DNA of 64,000 nt from Eledone cirrhosa (GCA_964016885.1 OZ024752.1:36084001-36148000), one strand, 5' to 3'. Shown: positions 25,448 to 40,405, counted from the stretch's first letter. Numbers and translations are program-made. The notes: generated from the sequence alone by a model not told the origin.

Positions 25448-27632
25448 CAGCAGTTTTATCCTCTTTCATCTTTTTCCTTGTGCTATGTGACTTTGATGTA
25501 TTTTCACTTGGTTTTCCAGACTTCACTGCAACTGTGTTTTGGTCATTGGCACTTTGATTTCCAGTTGACTGATCTTGTGTGCTTTTGTTCTTCTTATTTT
25601 TTTTCTTAACGATACTACTGCTACTTCCTGTTTTGTCATCATCTTTAGAGGAAGAATCGGTATTTTTTATTGTTTCTGGTACAGATGAAATGCTATCAGG
25701 AGGAACATCTGGTGCTGGTTTCAATTCAGTATTATTCGATTCAACTTCATTCAAAATTTCTTTAGAATCTTCTTTAGTTTCCGTTGCTAATGAAGCTGAT
25801 TCAGTTTTACCTTCTTCTAACGAACTAGCTACAGTTTTTAAATGTTCAACTTCACCGACATCGTCAACATCATCAACATCAGGTTCATAAGCTAAAGTGT
25901 CAATCAGATCGTCACTGGCAGGACTTTCTTCTCGTTTGTTGGCCAGCGTACTATCTAAATTAGTGAGTAAATTAATGCATGCATTTAAAGAACTGATAGG
26001 TTTTTCAATGTCGTCACAAGGTAAACGTAAAGTGGCATCATTTGACTCTGTTTTTGATTGTTTTGCTGAATCAACTTTAGCTTTTTCAGAATTATCACAT
26101 AAGTCATCAAGGTTTAAAAATGCCGGTGTATTTTCCATATCTTGGTTATTTTCACTGCATTTTATTTGATTCTCTGATGATTTAGCAGACATTTTTGACA
26201 AAGAATCAGTTGTTTCAGAGAATATTTCTTGATTTAATGATAATGTTTGGCAACTGTTATGTTCAGAAAATGTGTTTGGGGTAGCATCAACCACGGATAA
26301 ATCTTTATTTAATAAGGGCAACTTTGTTTGGCAACTGTTATGTTCAGAAAATGTGTCTGAAGGAGCATCAAACACTGGTAAATCTTTATTTAATAAAGGC
26401 AACTCTGTTTTCCCACTGGGCTCAGAAAAGAGTTCAACATTCAAATGTTGCTCTTTTAATATTAAACTTTCAGGAAAAAAATCTGAGATTTCACCTTGTT
26501 CTTCTAATTCAATAATTTTTTCAACATCTTCTCCTTTAACACTTGGTTGTTCTCTCGTTATTTCCTCTTTTCCCACAGTATCAAAACTGTTTGCAATAAA
26601 CTTCTCAGATAACTCCTTAGATTTGATCTGTTGCTCAGATTCTACTGTGTCTATCAGTTGTGCATCTTCTATAAATTCTTCTGGATGACTTTCAGAAGAA
26701 CCATCAATGTTTTTCAACTGTTTATCTCCTTCTAATGATACTGTGACTATATCCTGGTCTTCAGAAATGGTCTCTACAAAAGTCTGCTCTTCCTGTGTGA
26801 AGTCTTCAGTTTCGTTATTTACTTCCAATGGTTTTGTCAATATATCCTGGTCTTCAGAAACAGTCTCTACAAAAAACTGCTCTTCCGGTATATTATCAAC
26901 TTCTAATGATACTGTCAATTTATTCTGGTCTTCAGAAAATGTCTCTACAAAAATTTGCTCTCCCTGTATATAATCTTCAATTTCATTTATTTCTAGTGAT
27001 TCTGTCAATATATTCTGGTCTTCAGAAACAGTGTCTACATAAAACTGTTCACCCTGTATATAATGTTCTCCCTGTATATAATCTTCAGTTTCATTTATTT
27101 CTAGTGATTCTGTCAATATATTCTGGTCTTCAGAAACAGTGTCTACATAAAACTGTTCACCCTGTATATAATTTTCAGATAGATTGTCTGCTTCTAGTGA
27201 TTTTGTCAATTTATCTAGTTCTTCAGAAATGGTTTTTACAAAAGTCTGCTCTTCCTGTGAATAGTCTTCAGTGTGGTTATCTGCTTCCAGTGATTTTGAA
27301 AGGGTTTCTACAAAAATCTGCTTTTCCTCTGTATTATCTTCAGATTGGTTATCTGGTTTCGGTAACTTTGTAAGTTTATTCTGATCGTCAGAAGTGGTTT
27401 TTACAAAAATCTTCTTCTCTTGTGTGCAATCCTTGGATCCGCTACTTAAAGTCTGCTTTTCCTGTGTACTCTGTTGACTGGAATTCACTGGATCTTCTAT
27501 AGTTTCAGGTTCTTTTTCTAAAGCAAAAGGGTTTGTTATAACAGTCCAGTCTTCAGATCCACGTGGCAAAGTGCTTATAATATCTTTGGAGTTTTTCTCA
27601 GCACAAAACTCATCTGTATCTTTGTCTGGCAC
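25448..27632 (-). CDS. Taxilin-family gene, 2185-bp acidic N-terminal exon with internal ~30-aa repeats
   Basis: 746-codon ORF in AT-rich DNA. ttag acceptor at 27636-27633 and gtatgt donor at 25447. Phase 1 joins exon 16563 in frame (KTA-D-HAL). Confidence 0.85.
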
Positions 27633-28261
27633 CTAACCAAAAAAAAATTAAATATATATATAGATATAATTGTTTATAAATATTATGAATTTCAAAAATG
27701 TTATTTCAGCTTATCTAGGGATTAACATCAGTAATTGGAATAATGATCTTTAAAAAAATACAACACCTAAATCTGGGGAGCTTTATTTGTGTAATTCATC
27801 AATAAGCACAATTTGTCCTGTGTCTCCCTGTTTTGTTCTGTTAACATCCCATTGTCCGTTGGAAAGAATAGTCTTAACTTTAATACACTGAAACTATAAG
27901 GATTTCAGGAAGTTGACTGAAGAGGAAGGACTGTTTCTCTTTCCTTTTTTTTTCTGTTGAAGACAAAAACAATGGAAAAATGGACAGTCCCTTCTCATCA
28001 GTCAACTTCTAGAAATCCTTATGGTTTCGGTTTATTAAAGTTGAGTCTTCTCCTTCCAGTGCATAGCGGGATGTTAACAGAACAACAGAGAGACATATAA
28101 AAAAAATTGTGCCTTTCGGTAAATTACACAAATAAAACCCCCCAAAATGCAACAAAGCAATGTCTTTCAACTAAAAGAGAAGAGACAAGGTGCACTATAA
28201 CTTAACCAAGGAGAGAAAAATAGAAAGGAAATAGAAAAAAATAGTTAGGATTGTAGTTTTA

Positions 28262-28680
28262 CACATGTCCCCACCAATGCAATCTTCTTCCTGCACATTA
28301 CATTCTATTCCTCTTAAGCAGAGTTTTTCTCTCAGTTTACTTATGCTACATCGTCCGTGCACACTAGCATTACACATCCATTGGAGAATACTTGCTTCGT
28401 TTCTTTCTAGCCTTCACAGGTCTACTGCAGTCAAGGCCCATGTTTTACTACCATGTAACATTGCAGTTTGCAAACAAGCATCATACAGTCTACTCTTCAC
28501 TCTGAGAGAGAAGCCATTTGTTGTCAGCAGTGGTACCAGCTCCCTAAACTTCTTCCAATATGTTCTTATCCTGGTTATCATATTTTCAAAACATCCCCAC
28601 CACCCACTGCTGATTAGGTCACCAAGGTAACAAAAGCTGTCAACAACTTCTAAGGAGCCTTCCTGGCAACTAAGGGAAGT
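28262..28680 (-). mobile_element. Degenerate RTE LINE fragment
   Basis: Homologous to 40672-41298 ('KLREKLCLRGIEC'). Confidence 0.75.
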
Positions 28681-30635
28681 ATTTATTGCACATGTGTTCT
28701 TAATACTTACTTCTAGTTAACAAAACGTTTCCACCTCTTCCATCATCACAGTATTCCCAAGATCCAGCTCAACATCTTCTCCATCTGTAGCTACCCACAT
28801 ATTACATTACATTATTTAATAATCCGAGGTTAACTTTGCCTTTCATCCTTACGGGGTCGATAAAATAAAGCACCAGTAATGCACTGGGATAATTGCTGGC
28901 CTTGTGCCAAAAGTAGAAACAATTATTTAATAATCCTTTCACACTACATTTTCAATGTACCCACCTAGTACATATCATACATATACATAAATATATACAC
29001 ACATTTATATATATATGTATAAGGGCGGTGCCCCAGCATGGCCTCAGCCGGATGGCTGAAACAGGTAAAAGAGTAAAAGAGTAATATATATGCCCCCCAC
29101 CTCTAGATATACCTCTCCTATCTCCATGTCCCTTCCTCACCCCAGCCCCCAGTCCACATGGTTCTATGACAAAAAGCACTGTCAACGCTGTAAATGTGGT
29201 TGGCATTAGGAAGGGCATCCAGCTATAAAAACCAAGTCATAAACAGTTGTTTGAACAAGACAAGTCACCTGACCTGATCTCTCACAAAGGGACGGCCCGT
29301 CCTACCCATGCTAGAGTGGAAGATGGATGTTAAACATTGTCTCACAATGGGGCAACTCAACTGGGTGCTTTTTATCGTGACACCAAAATGACCAACTAAC
29401 AGGTTGGACTAGGATTATTATAAAATATGTCCCGCATTTATTCGAGAAAGGTGGTTGTTAGTAATTTAAGGGAACGTTAGCTGCCATTTCTAGCAGGTTG
29501 AGCGACGACATTGACTGACGATATTTTACAGTTGAGATGTAAAATGAGATGACAATGAGTAATAATCGTTTCTACTTTTGGCACAAGGCCAGCAATTACC
29601 CTCAGTGCATTACTGGTACTTTATTTTATCGACGACCATAAGGATGAAAAGCAAAGCTAACCTCGGCGATATTTAAACTCAGAACGTAAAGGGCCATAAC
29701 TCTGTGCTGCAAAGTATGGTGTCTGACGCTCTACCGATACTGCCAACGCACCGCCCTTAATAACAATAAAAGATATATTATTTTAGTGGCTAATTTTACA
29801 GAACCAGAATTTCAAAAGACTTAGCCACTAAAATAATATATCTTTTATTGTTATTATTGTCAAAAGCGTGTGGGCCTCCATTTGCTTATATTGAGAAATG
29901 GGGAGAGCTAGAGAGACGGAGGCAATGACAATGGGAATTTGATTCTTTTATGTTCAGTCCTTGCTAGGAATTTTTTGTTTCACAGATCTATTTCTGATTG
30001 CTGTCTGTTCTATCCACTGTGGAAGTTATTATATAAAGTATTAAATATATTTAACATTATGAACCAATAAAGAGCCTCTAACGTCTGTCTCCAGCCCGGA
30101 GGCTCATCATGCTGGTGCTTCTCCCGATTTCCGTGGCATGAAGCAACTGAGAGTTCAAGACTCCCCACTGGACAGGACGCCAGTCCCTCGCAGGGTCAAC
30201 CCCCCAGCTATTGCTGCTGGTACTCATTTTCAGCTGAGTACACTGGAGCAACAAGAAGTAAAGTGTTTTGCTCAAGAACACTACACACAACCCAGTCCAA
30301 GAACCGAACTCACGACATTATGATCGCAAGTACAACACCCTTAACACTAGGCTAAGTAACAAATATAAATCAAATATCCTTTAGATCACACCTAACTGTC
30401 TTAAGAAAAGCAAAGACACGTTGGCTATTGTAGATCAAAATACCAATATAAAATACCACTATATAGGCAGATGAACATCTTTGATCATACGTTTGTTGGA
30501 TCAGAGCGGACTTAGAACGAAAATAACAACATATTTGGTATTAGGTATAAAGGATAATATTTATAATTCGTTTGTAAAGTAAACTAATGAGAAAGAAAAT
30601 GTTCAGGGATGTGTGGAAATCTTAGAACTACCTAC

Positions 30636-30653
30636 GTTGCCTTCGGTTACCAT
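30636..30653 (-). CDS. Candidate first coding micro-exon of the taxilin gene (MVTEGN)
   Basis: ATG GTA ACC GAA GGC AAC followed by gtaggt donor. Phase 0 fits the 27632 acceptor. It lies in repeat-poor DNA next to two AAACGGAAAG motifs. Speculative. Confidence 0.35.
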
Positions 30654-33600
30654 AGTGAAACTATTTATTAAAAAAAAACTTCAATCATTCGACAAAGTAA
30701 AACGGAAAGATTCATGTCTCGTTATACGTATTCCAGGGAACTAAAGAAGCTAAACGGAAAGTAACAAGAAGCAAATAAGCTTAGTATAAATGTTAAAAGA
30801 ATACAGAAGTAGATATTATTAAACAATGGTGGTATCTGTATTAAAATTCCTATATTGGAAAGATGAAGGTTTCGTTTTAAGACAACAGACTGTTGGTGTT
30901 GAACTTACAAAGGAGATAAATATCGTATACTCGCTTTTCAACTTGCATCGATTCTGCTCCAGAAGAGAAATTTATGAATCGATCGCGATTCGGGATTTAA
31001 GGAAATACTTAAGACACTGTATTTATTTATTTCTCTAAATTGTTAAAATTATTAAATATTTAATAGAGTATATAAACAAAGATGCTATATTTATTTTCAA
31101 ACAGGTGAACAAGGTTTAAAATATCAAGGATTTTAGGAAATACTTAGACACTGTATTTATTTTTCTCTGTAAATTGTTAAAATTCTTAAATGTTTAAAAT
31201 AGTATATATATAAACAAAGATTCGATATTTACTTTGAAACAGGTGAACAAACGTTGACAATATCAACTTTATTTTATTTTTATTTTATTCTCGAGAGAGA
31301 TATGTCAAAGTAAGCTAGTATAAGATGTCAACAGCAGTAAGAAGGAATAGAATTACAGCTTGCTCAAATATGGAGCAAAAATAAGGGGGGGCTCGATAGA
31401 GGTGTAGCAGGTCTCCCTTGTGTTCCTAAAAGAATATACATTACTATTCAATGGGTTAAAAGTTATTATAATTTAAACTAGATTAAAAACATCTGAAATC
31501 CGAATGAACGTTGAACGAAGAAATTACGAATATCTTTCGTAGTTTAATTTTTTCTTTTAATAAAAAAAAGAAGAAAAAAGCCAGAGGTCAGGCATGGGTG
31601 TTACTAATGGCTGTACTCTTCTTAGTTGAAATAAAAAATATGGAATTAAAAGAAGCGATCAAGTCTAAGCACGCCACTGCAGACCTCAAAAAACAGTAGA
31701 GCCAAATTATAAATATATTTAACAAAAAATACTAAAAAAAAAAAGAGATAATCTGACTGACATATATTAGTTTCAAAGAAACGAGAAGAAATGTAAACAT
31801 CGAAATATGCGTTTATTACATATATATATATTGTTTTATCATGTATAAATATAACAAAACAACGACAAAATTTATGAATACTTTCAACAATTAATCTTAA
31901 ATGAAATGAAAATATACGTACAGTGGATGATACCTGAAAGGGTAAGTAAGTAATGTAGAAGTGCTAAAAATAAATCAGGAGCTGTCGGCAAAAAACACGA
32001 ATTCCCTATTAGGCAAGTGTATATCAAGGGAGGCAATCCAGTGCTAACACGCCAAGAACACATGTCGTAAAGTATAGGTGCGTGTTATTTTTGTCCCCCT
32101 CCAAAGCAATGCTATATTACTGATTTCAGAAATAATGTAGATGTCTATCTATCGATAAAGTTATATGTGTATATATGGTCCCGTAACTCCCGATGAAGTC
32201 GTATTTGCACCGCATTGATATACGTCGTGTCCAGAGCATTTTTTTTTTTAAAACCTGGTGGAGCCCATCTCCTCTCCAGGTCTGAATACAGCAGATTTTT
32301 TCTAAGGAAGGATATTGAGAGAGAGATATATAGGAAGAATAGACACCACCACCACCTACCCCAGTACTAGACTGGTACTTTTTTTATCGACCTCGAATGG
32401 GTGAAAGCCAAAGTTGACCTCGGCAGGATTTGAACTACCACAAATCATTCTATCTGCGCTCTAACGACTCTGTCAATTCTCTGCCTTCTATCTATAAAGT
32501 TACGCAACCTCTAAATATTTTCACCACTAAACTTATATTATATTTTATTAATGCAAGTCAGTAACTAATTGCCAACATTTCAAATTGGTTTCCAAAGGAA
32601 TTTTTAAATACTTTGAACGAGAGTTTATTCAATAACTTATTCTAATGGAATTCTTAGTAAACTTCACCTTGAACATTTGAAAAACGTTTGAGAAAGTGCT
32701 TAACAGTAAAACATTTATGTCTATAATATTTTCTATATAATTATTTCAGTAAATGGACATTTTAATCGATTATTAAATATATAAGTAATATAAGATGAAA
32801 ATAAGATTTTCCCGAGTTACCTGAAAAGAATTAAGTATATATATTTTATCTCATTTGATATAATGTCTCTATAAAATATAAAATCGGATTACCAGTAAAT
32901 CCACAACTTACAGAATGACAGCAAACACAGCCTTGAAGTTTGGTTAAAAACATGAGTTGCAGTCTAACAAAGTTTCCTCTGCAGAGATCGCAGCTAACTG
33001 CCAAAAGTAGCTGAGCACATCAACACATACTTGCGAACAGCATGAAGTATGCATCCCGTGGGTGGGAGAATGAGTAGAGTAATAGTGCTTTGTGAAAACA
33101 ACAATACTGAAAAGGGGATTCAAGACTAAAAGTTTTGGAAGATTTATAACCTTGCGTTAGGTTGGCTCGGCTTGGCTTATCAAAATAGCTAAGATAATCC
33201 TTTAAATCTTTGTTTTTTTTATATAAAGGAGCTTTAAATAAAGTTTACTTTCTATTAGTTGGTGATATTAAGTATACACAAATTCGCGATTTTCGCACTC
33301 GTCGTAATACAAGAGCCATCAGTTCTGGTATTATTAGTAATTCTTGAAACAAGCCATAACGCTAGCTAGCGGCCTTTCTACGAACAATTGAAATTGTTTA
33401 ATGTACCACAAATGTTCCTACTTTGGAATATAGGAAATCAAACTCTTATGAGAATATTATATTTTTTATTTGATTTATTACTTCTTACTTTCTAAAAGAG
33501 TTTTCCAACTATTTTTTTATTTACGAAACCACTTGGCGACGCGGTCGCTATTCTACACATCACATCTCTCTCTTAAAATATATATATATAATTAACTTAG

Positions 33601-35027
33601 AAACAGTAGATTAAAACGGAGAAATGGTCTGTGACTGTTACGCATTGTGGAAACAACATTCGCTAATTAATGTTTTTGTTTAACTTAAAGTCAACCCTGA
33701 TTGAGCAAAATCTATGACTATAGACATTCCAGCCATGAACATCCTACCTTTTTATGAAAGTCTGACTACATTATTTAATGTGTTCTTCCTTCCTTCCTTC
33801 CTTTTTTTTTTTTTTTTTTTAAGGTGGTAGCATGTAATTTCGTAGAGGTTTGGCTGCTGTTTTTAGCAGATCGAAAGGTGCCGTCATTCAAATTTCAAAT
33901 AAGTCGTTGACGAAGTCTCTTTAAAAATACAAACGAATAAAAAAAAAGTTTAAATCTTAAAACAAAATCAGTAATTTATTATAAATTGCATGCGTATTTG
34001 TAAATTTAAAGATTCATTATTTTTTCTCAATACAGATGCCCAACCCGACAGGGTCAATTATGGTGTGAACGATTGACGCACTTGGTGGGGAATTATTATT
34101 TTTCTTGTTTCTCTCACTTTAATCATATATTTTTGTGTATTATATTTGTAACGTTCCAAGCAATAATTAATTGTATTTATTATATGTGTCGGTATTTTCA
34201 TTCTGTAAGAAGGATTGTAATATATTGTGTCTATATTTTCATTCTGTAAGAAATATTCATTAAGTATTATATATATTATTTGTGTGTATTTTCATTCTGT
34301 AAGAAGTATTGTATATAGGGTCTATATTTTCATTCTGTAAGCATTATATATATATTGTATTCATAGAAAAGTAATAATGTTGATATTTCTGGGTGTTAAT
34401 AATAAAGGAAACGAAACATTCATCTCTTGTAATCAAAGAGGTTTCCCGGCCACACCCCACAATACCCCTAATCGACAGACTGATTCCTTCGTTGGCTCGG
34501 GCCAATTATTGCTTCCTCACATACACGGGAGGCCTTATGACTGTGGAAAGTGTGTGATCTCCATAAGAATGCATTATAGGAAATATAAATATATATATAT
34601 AATAAATGTGGAAATAATTAATAAGAAAAATCTACTTACAGTTAGAAACCAACATTTAAATACTTTTTTTTTTACGCAACACGGGAAGTTGAAATTTACA
34701 GCGTAGGTTAGCGGAAGTTCTGGACCATAGCTCTTTTGTCGATAGATAGATAGATAGATAGGTAGCTGTTTCTATTGATTACTTAAGAGAAAACATACTT
34801 AACCGGTTAGAAACTGAGTCATTACTAGTTCACTTAGTGATGAAATGTAAAATACATACTTTAAGCTTGTTAATCTATATATGTTGTTTTTTCTTACATT
34901 AGTAATGTAATCTTCCTATATAACTAGAGTTGAAAAAAAAACTTGCTTTGAAAATCATTGCACAATTATTAATTTATAGCAATTATTCCTAAACTTTTCT
35001 CCTCAACTTGGTATATTTCCCCTAATT

Positions 35028-35990
35028 CTATTGATTTTTTAGGCAAGCCAGCATGCTCGCAGTGTTACCTCGGGTGATGCGCTGGAACAACCAAGCACCC
35101 TCGCAAGATTCACCAGTTACCTCTGTTAGGCGAGCTGCCAGTGAAGATAGGAATCTCGCAGTCAGTAGCCCGACTCCCCCCAAACATCTCGAACACCACA
35201 GGCTGGAAAATGTAGCTGGCCGACAGATCACAGTATTTTAGGATTTTGTCCGTTCGGCTGTGGAAGCTGTGGCTCTCACCCTAACCGCAGCATCCAGGAT
35301 GTGGTAAGAAGCAAAAGAGTCATTAACTGTGACAACCCAGACAAGGCATCTGCCTCTTGACCATGGGCACAGGGTAAGGCCATCAGGTCTTTTCCCGTCA
35401 CTTCTGGACAACCCAGATGGTTCCAAGATTGAGGGGATGTTTGCCCAGGCCAAAGCTCTCTTGAGAATAAGGTATAGCTCCGTGTGACACGTGAAGCGAC
35501 CGACATTCAGGCGGCAAGAAAGACCATGGAGGCTTGTTGAATCGAGGAATTTGCCACATCAACACCTCAAACCTGTACAGATGTCAGCTCCCACTCTGAG
35601 GGCAATGGAGACAAAGTTTGTCCAAGCTGAGTATTTGGTGTTGGCAGACAATAAGCTGCACCTTGAAAACTGATCATACTGGACGAAGGTGGCCTTCGAA
35701 CTTATGCTGTCCCAAGGACTCTGACTTCTACTGTCCTCCACCTTCTCAGAAAGAGACAAGCCCAACTCACTTCATTGTTGGAGAGCTTCATCCAACTCCC
35801 TGTTGGAACTAGTCCATGCTGGAGAGGAGAGGATGTTGCTCACCAGGATGGTGAGCAACATCCTGGAGGAAAGGAAACAGTGGAGTGAGAGGGACGATCA
35901 TTTATGTATACCAAGACCCCCAAATCGCTTGGCAATGCAGCCTGATCGCGGGACTCTGGAGAGAGTCTGACATTGACCAAGCACTCGAGT
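35028..35990 (-). mobile_element. CRE-clade-like (restriction-like endonuclease) non-LTR retrotransposon fragment, degenerate
   Basis: 'LEPSGLSRSDGKRPDGLTLCPWSRGRCLVW' and 'WLFQRI..RGNTAS' motifs, with frameshifts. Confidence 0.75.
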
Positions 35991-37789
35991 CTCTTGAAGA
36001 TTATTTATGAATTACAATTATATGCCGACAACACATGAGACTCCAGGAAATTTTATATAGATTATTATACGCTAGTAGGTATGACATGAAAACAAATTTA
36101 GTGATGAAATAATACGTGAGAATATATTACTGAAACAGTTCTGTAATAGATGAGGTCTAATAAGTGTGAAACTTGTTCGTGGCTTTCATCAATTAAATTT
36201 AAAAATTACATCCACTTTAATCTACACCTAGGAAACATTTCGATCACCTGATCTTACGTTCTTTTTAGAATTTAAATACACATGAATTTTGTGTCTGCTT
36301 ATTACATTAGTAGAGCGGAGTTTTTCAACTCACTACATTACATATTTAAGACTCTACTGTATTTACACTTACTATATTGAACACTTGCCTAGCATGTTTT
36401 CCCTGGATCATTTTGTTGATATTCGTAATCAGTGTCATTAGATCCCCTCTCTGTATGTGTATGTGTGTATATATATATGTATATATATATATAGAATAAC
36501 TTTTGCAAAGTTACTTTTGAAGAAACATTTCTTTGAATTTCAACAAATCTTGCCTAGTTTTTCCTAAAACCCAGTTCATATATCATTATTAAAAAATCGG
36601 AGGCCATAATCAGTTGATTCAGGTTTAGTTAAAACTCAGGACTATCAGTTATAATGGCCTGAGCTCTTTAGACGGCAAAACGTATATAAGCTTGAAAATA
36701 TTGAAAGTTCCTCAAAAATAATCTTTAAATTTAAAAAAATCCAAGAAAAGAAAATCTTTTTCAAGGAAGTTTTTGGATTTTTTTTTTATTTAATATCAAC
36801 AAAATGTAATGCTCCGGCTTTCACCATTTATACATGTCGTTGAAAACATCTTTTTAACTGCTTCACAACCAACAGACCATAGTGTGGTCTCCACATCCCT
36901 TTTCGGTTAACCCCATGTTCTAATTCTTAGATATATATATATCCTTTCAACATAAAAAGGTTCCGCATCTCTGAGCTGGTGTGTTAATTGGTTCTCTGTG
37001 TTGTTAGATTGGTGTGTAAGATCATTGAACTGGTCACTCTTCTACAAGCTGATATCTGGGTTGTCAGTATCTGAATTATTAGTAGTTGTAAGGGGGTTGG
37101 ACTTACGGTTATAATGTCATGAGTTTGGTTCCTGGAGGGGGGTTTGTGTATTGTGTTCTTGAGCAAAACACTTCATTTCATATTGCTCCAGTATACTCAG
37201 CTGACAAGGAGTACCAGAAACAGATGGCGAATTAAACCTGCGATAGACTGGCGTCCTGTCCAGGGGGAAGTCTTGTACTCTCAGTCACTTCACGCCACGT
37301 AAATCGTGATAAGCATCGGCCTGATGAGCCTCCAGGCTCGAAACACACTTTTTTAAAATAACTCTTCGCGGGTGCTCAAGGAACATAACCCCCGTGAATG
37401 ACTAGGGACAACTGTATATATGTATTGGAGGCACATGGCTTAGTGGTTACAGCATTGGCCTTGCAATCGAAAGGTTGTGAGTTCAATTCTCAGACCTGGT
37501 GATGTGTTGTTTCCTTGAGCAAGGCACTTTATTTCACATTGCTCCAGTTTACTCAGCTGTAGAAATGAGATGATAGGGACTGGGGTCCATATCATTCCAC
37601 TGCAAAGTGGTCGTGTAGGCGCCACGGCAAAAAAGCACCCAGCACTCACTGTAAATGAGGTTGGTGTTAGGAAGGGCATCCAGCTGTAGAAATCAAGCCA
37701 GAATCAGTTCCCGTCCCACCCTTGCAAGCAGGGAAAAGTGAACGTAAAATGAAATGATGATGATGATGATGATGATGATATATATATAA

Positions 37790-38535
37790 AATGCACACAA
37801 TGCAGATCCTGGGTACACAAGAGATGTAGCGGGATAGCAGGCAAACTAACAGGTAGGGAGAAATATGTATGCAGTAGATGTAAAGGGAAATTAGACAGTA
37901 GAAGTCGCACTGATAGACACGTTTTTCAAATGCAGGAGGGCGCTATAGAAGTGGTGGATAGCTTCCGGTACCTAGGAGATCAGATTAGCATGGGAGGGGG
38001 GGGGGGGGGGTCCGAGGCCATAGTATCTAGAATAAGGACGGGTTGGAAGAAGTTTAGGGAGCTGCTTCCTCTGTTGACGAAGAAGGGTTTCTCCCTGTGT
38101 ATGAAAGGCCGGTTGTATGATGCCTGTGAGAGGAGCGCGATGCTGCATGATAGTGAGACATGGGCAGTAACTGCAGAGGACATGCGACGGCTGGAGAGAA
38201 ATGAGGCAAGCATGCTCCGTTGGATGTGCGTGAACGACCCAGCTTAAATGTGTTGAGAGAGAAACTGTGTCTGAGAGGGATAGAATGTAGTGTACGGGAG
38301 AGGAGACTGAGGTGGTATGGACATGTGATGTGCATGGAGGATGACCGATGGGTGAAGAAGTGCCGTGGTAGAGGTAGACCACAAAAAACATGGGCGGAGG
38401 TGGTGAGAACAGACCTCGGATCATTGAAGCTCACGGTGGAGATGACGAGGGACCGTGACGAGTGGAGAGATGCTGTGCTGAATAAGACCCGTCCCACCCT
38501 TGCAAGCAGGGAAAAGCGGACGTAAAATGATGATG
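37790..38535 (+). mobile_element. RTE LINE 3' fragment
   Basis: 'IEVVDSFRYLG', 'MLHxSETW', 'RRLRWYGHV', 'RGRP' motifs and an (ATG)n tail. Confidence 0.9.
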
Positions 38536-39029
38536 ATGATATATTGATTAAGCCTAAATTATATATAATTATATATATAATTTAGGCTTAATCAATATAT
38601 ATATATATATATTACTAAAAGTCTGTCATTGCTGGCCTGCCTGTAATGTAATACAGCCAAAAAACAGCCAAAAAGAGGCATAATGGGAAAGTACTTTAAA
38701 AGGAAGTTGCACCTGAAATGGAAATACAAATGGAATAAAATAAGTTTCGCGTAAATCGAAGCACGGGTTCCCGAGATATGGGGTTTTCTGGGTACCTTCA
38801 TAAATAGAGAGAGAGAAGGATAGAGAGAAAGAGATAGTGATTGTGAGAGAGTAAATTGAAAGAAAGATATATATATAGAGAGAGAGAAGGAAAATGGAAG
38901 AGAGAGAGAGCTGTTGATGTTGTTGAATGAAATTATAACCTGTGACTTCAATGAAACGAATACAGCATTACTGTATCCTGGTAAATAGAAAGGGCTTCTA
39001 AATGTATGTCTATATATATGTGTGTGTGA

Positions 39030-39067
<38 letters not shown>

Positions 39068-39869
39068 ATGTATATTTGTGTGTGACTGGTGTATATAGGT
39101 CACAGACACCTGTATATATATATATATATATATATGTATACACACACACACATGTTTATATATATATATATATGGGCCTTCTAATTTCATTTTACATTAT
39201 ATACATGGTCTGTGTATATTATAATTATTTAAAAATTATTCTTAAGTGAATGTGACTCAATGGGTCAAGGGTGATTCAGTATATATATATATGCGAGACA
39301 ATCCACAAACCCTCCACCTCAATTTTACTTTTGAAAGTCATAAGAACTGTGAAACCGGTAAAGGAAATAGATATTCTTAAAATGACCACAGTTGCATTTT
39401 CGATTTCTTTTCCTTATACTTTCACCCATGTAGGGCATCTTGTTTTTATATATATATAAATGAAACACATGGCTTAGTGGTTAGAGCATTGGCCTTGCAA
39501 TCGAAAGGTTGTGAGTTCAATTCTCAGACAGGGTGATGTGTTGTTTCCTTGAGCAAGACACTTTATTTCACATTGCTCCAGTTTACTCAGCTGTAGAAAT
39601 GAGATGATAAGCACTGGGGTCCCTATCATTCCATTGCAAAGTGGTCGTGTAGGTGCCACGGCAAAAAAGCACCCAGCACTCACTGTAAAAGAGGTTGGTG
39701 TTAGGAAGGGCATCCAGCCGTAGAAATCAAGCCAGCATCAGTTCCCGCCCCACCCTTGCAAGCAGGGAAAAAGCGGACGTAAAATGAAATGATGATGAAA
39801 TGAAACCTCATTATATATTATATATATATATAAAACAAAAAAACCTTTTCTTCGCTCTCACGATACTTA

Positions 39870-39910
<41 letters not shown>

Positions 39911-39934
39911 TATTATATAAATATATTATCAGTA

Positions 39935-40405
39935 TCATCATTTTACACCCGCTTTTCCCTGCTTGCAAGGGTGGGACGGGTCTTATTCAGCACAGCATCT
40001 CTCCACTCGTCACGGTCCTTCGTCATCTCCACCATGAGCTTCAATGATCTGAGCTCTGTTCTCACCACCTCCGCCCATGTTTTTCGTGGTCTACCTCTAC
40101 CACGTCTTCCTTCAACTGGCATTTCCTGGCACTTCTTCACCCATCGGTCATCCTCCATGCGCATCACATGTCCATACCACCTCAGTCTCCTCTCCCGTAC
40201 ACTACATTCTATCCCTCTCAGACACAGTTTCTCTCTCAACACATTTATGCTGGGTCGTTCACGCACATTTACACTGCACATCCAACGGAGCATGCTTGCC
40301 TCATTTCTCTCCAGCCGTCGCATATCCTCTGCAGTTGCAGCCCATGTCTCACTACCATGCAGCATCGCGCTCCTCACACAGGCATCATACAACCGGCCTT
40401 TCGTA
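39935..40405 (-). mobile_element. RTE LINE 3' fragment (inverted partner of 40518-41310)
   Basis: ORF 39943-40392 carries RTE C-terminal motifs. Confidence 0.9.

Noticed and set aside
25579-27373. Plus-strand ORFs overlapping the large exon
   Set aside because: They are antisense shadows of the acidic taxilin exon.
29509-29557. CTGACGA followed by an 8-bp hairpin (ATTTTACA/TGTAAAAT)
   Set aside because: The second core reads GAGA and there is no stem III or UH site, so it is too degenerate to call a hammerhead.
30826-31038. 70-aa plus-strand ORF near the candidate promoter
   Set aside because: It has no recognisable homology and no supportable downstream exons.
39328-39363. TTGAAAG...GAAACCGGTA motif
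   Set aside because: It has a palindromic stem III, but stems I and II are weak and the core is non-canonical.
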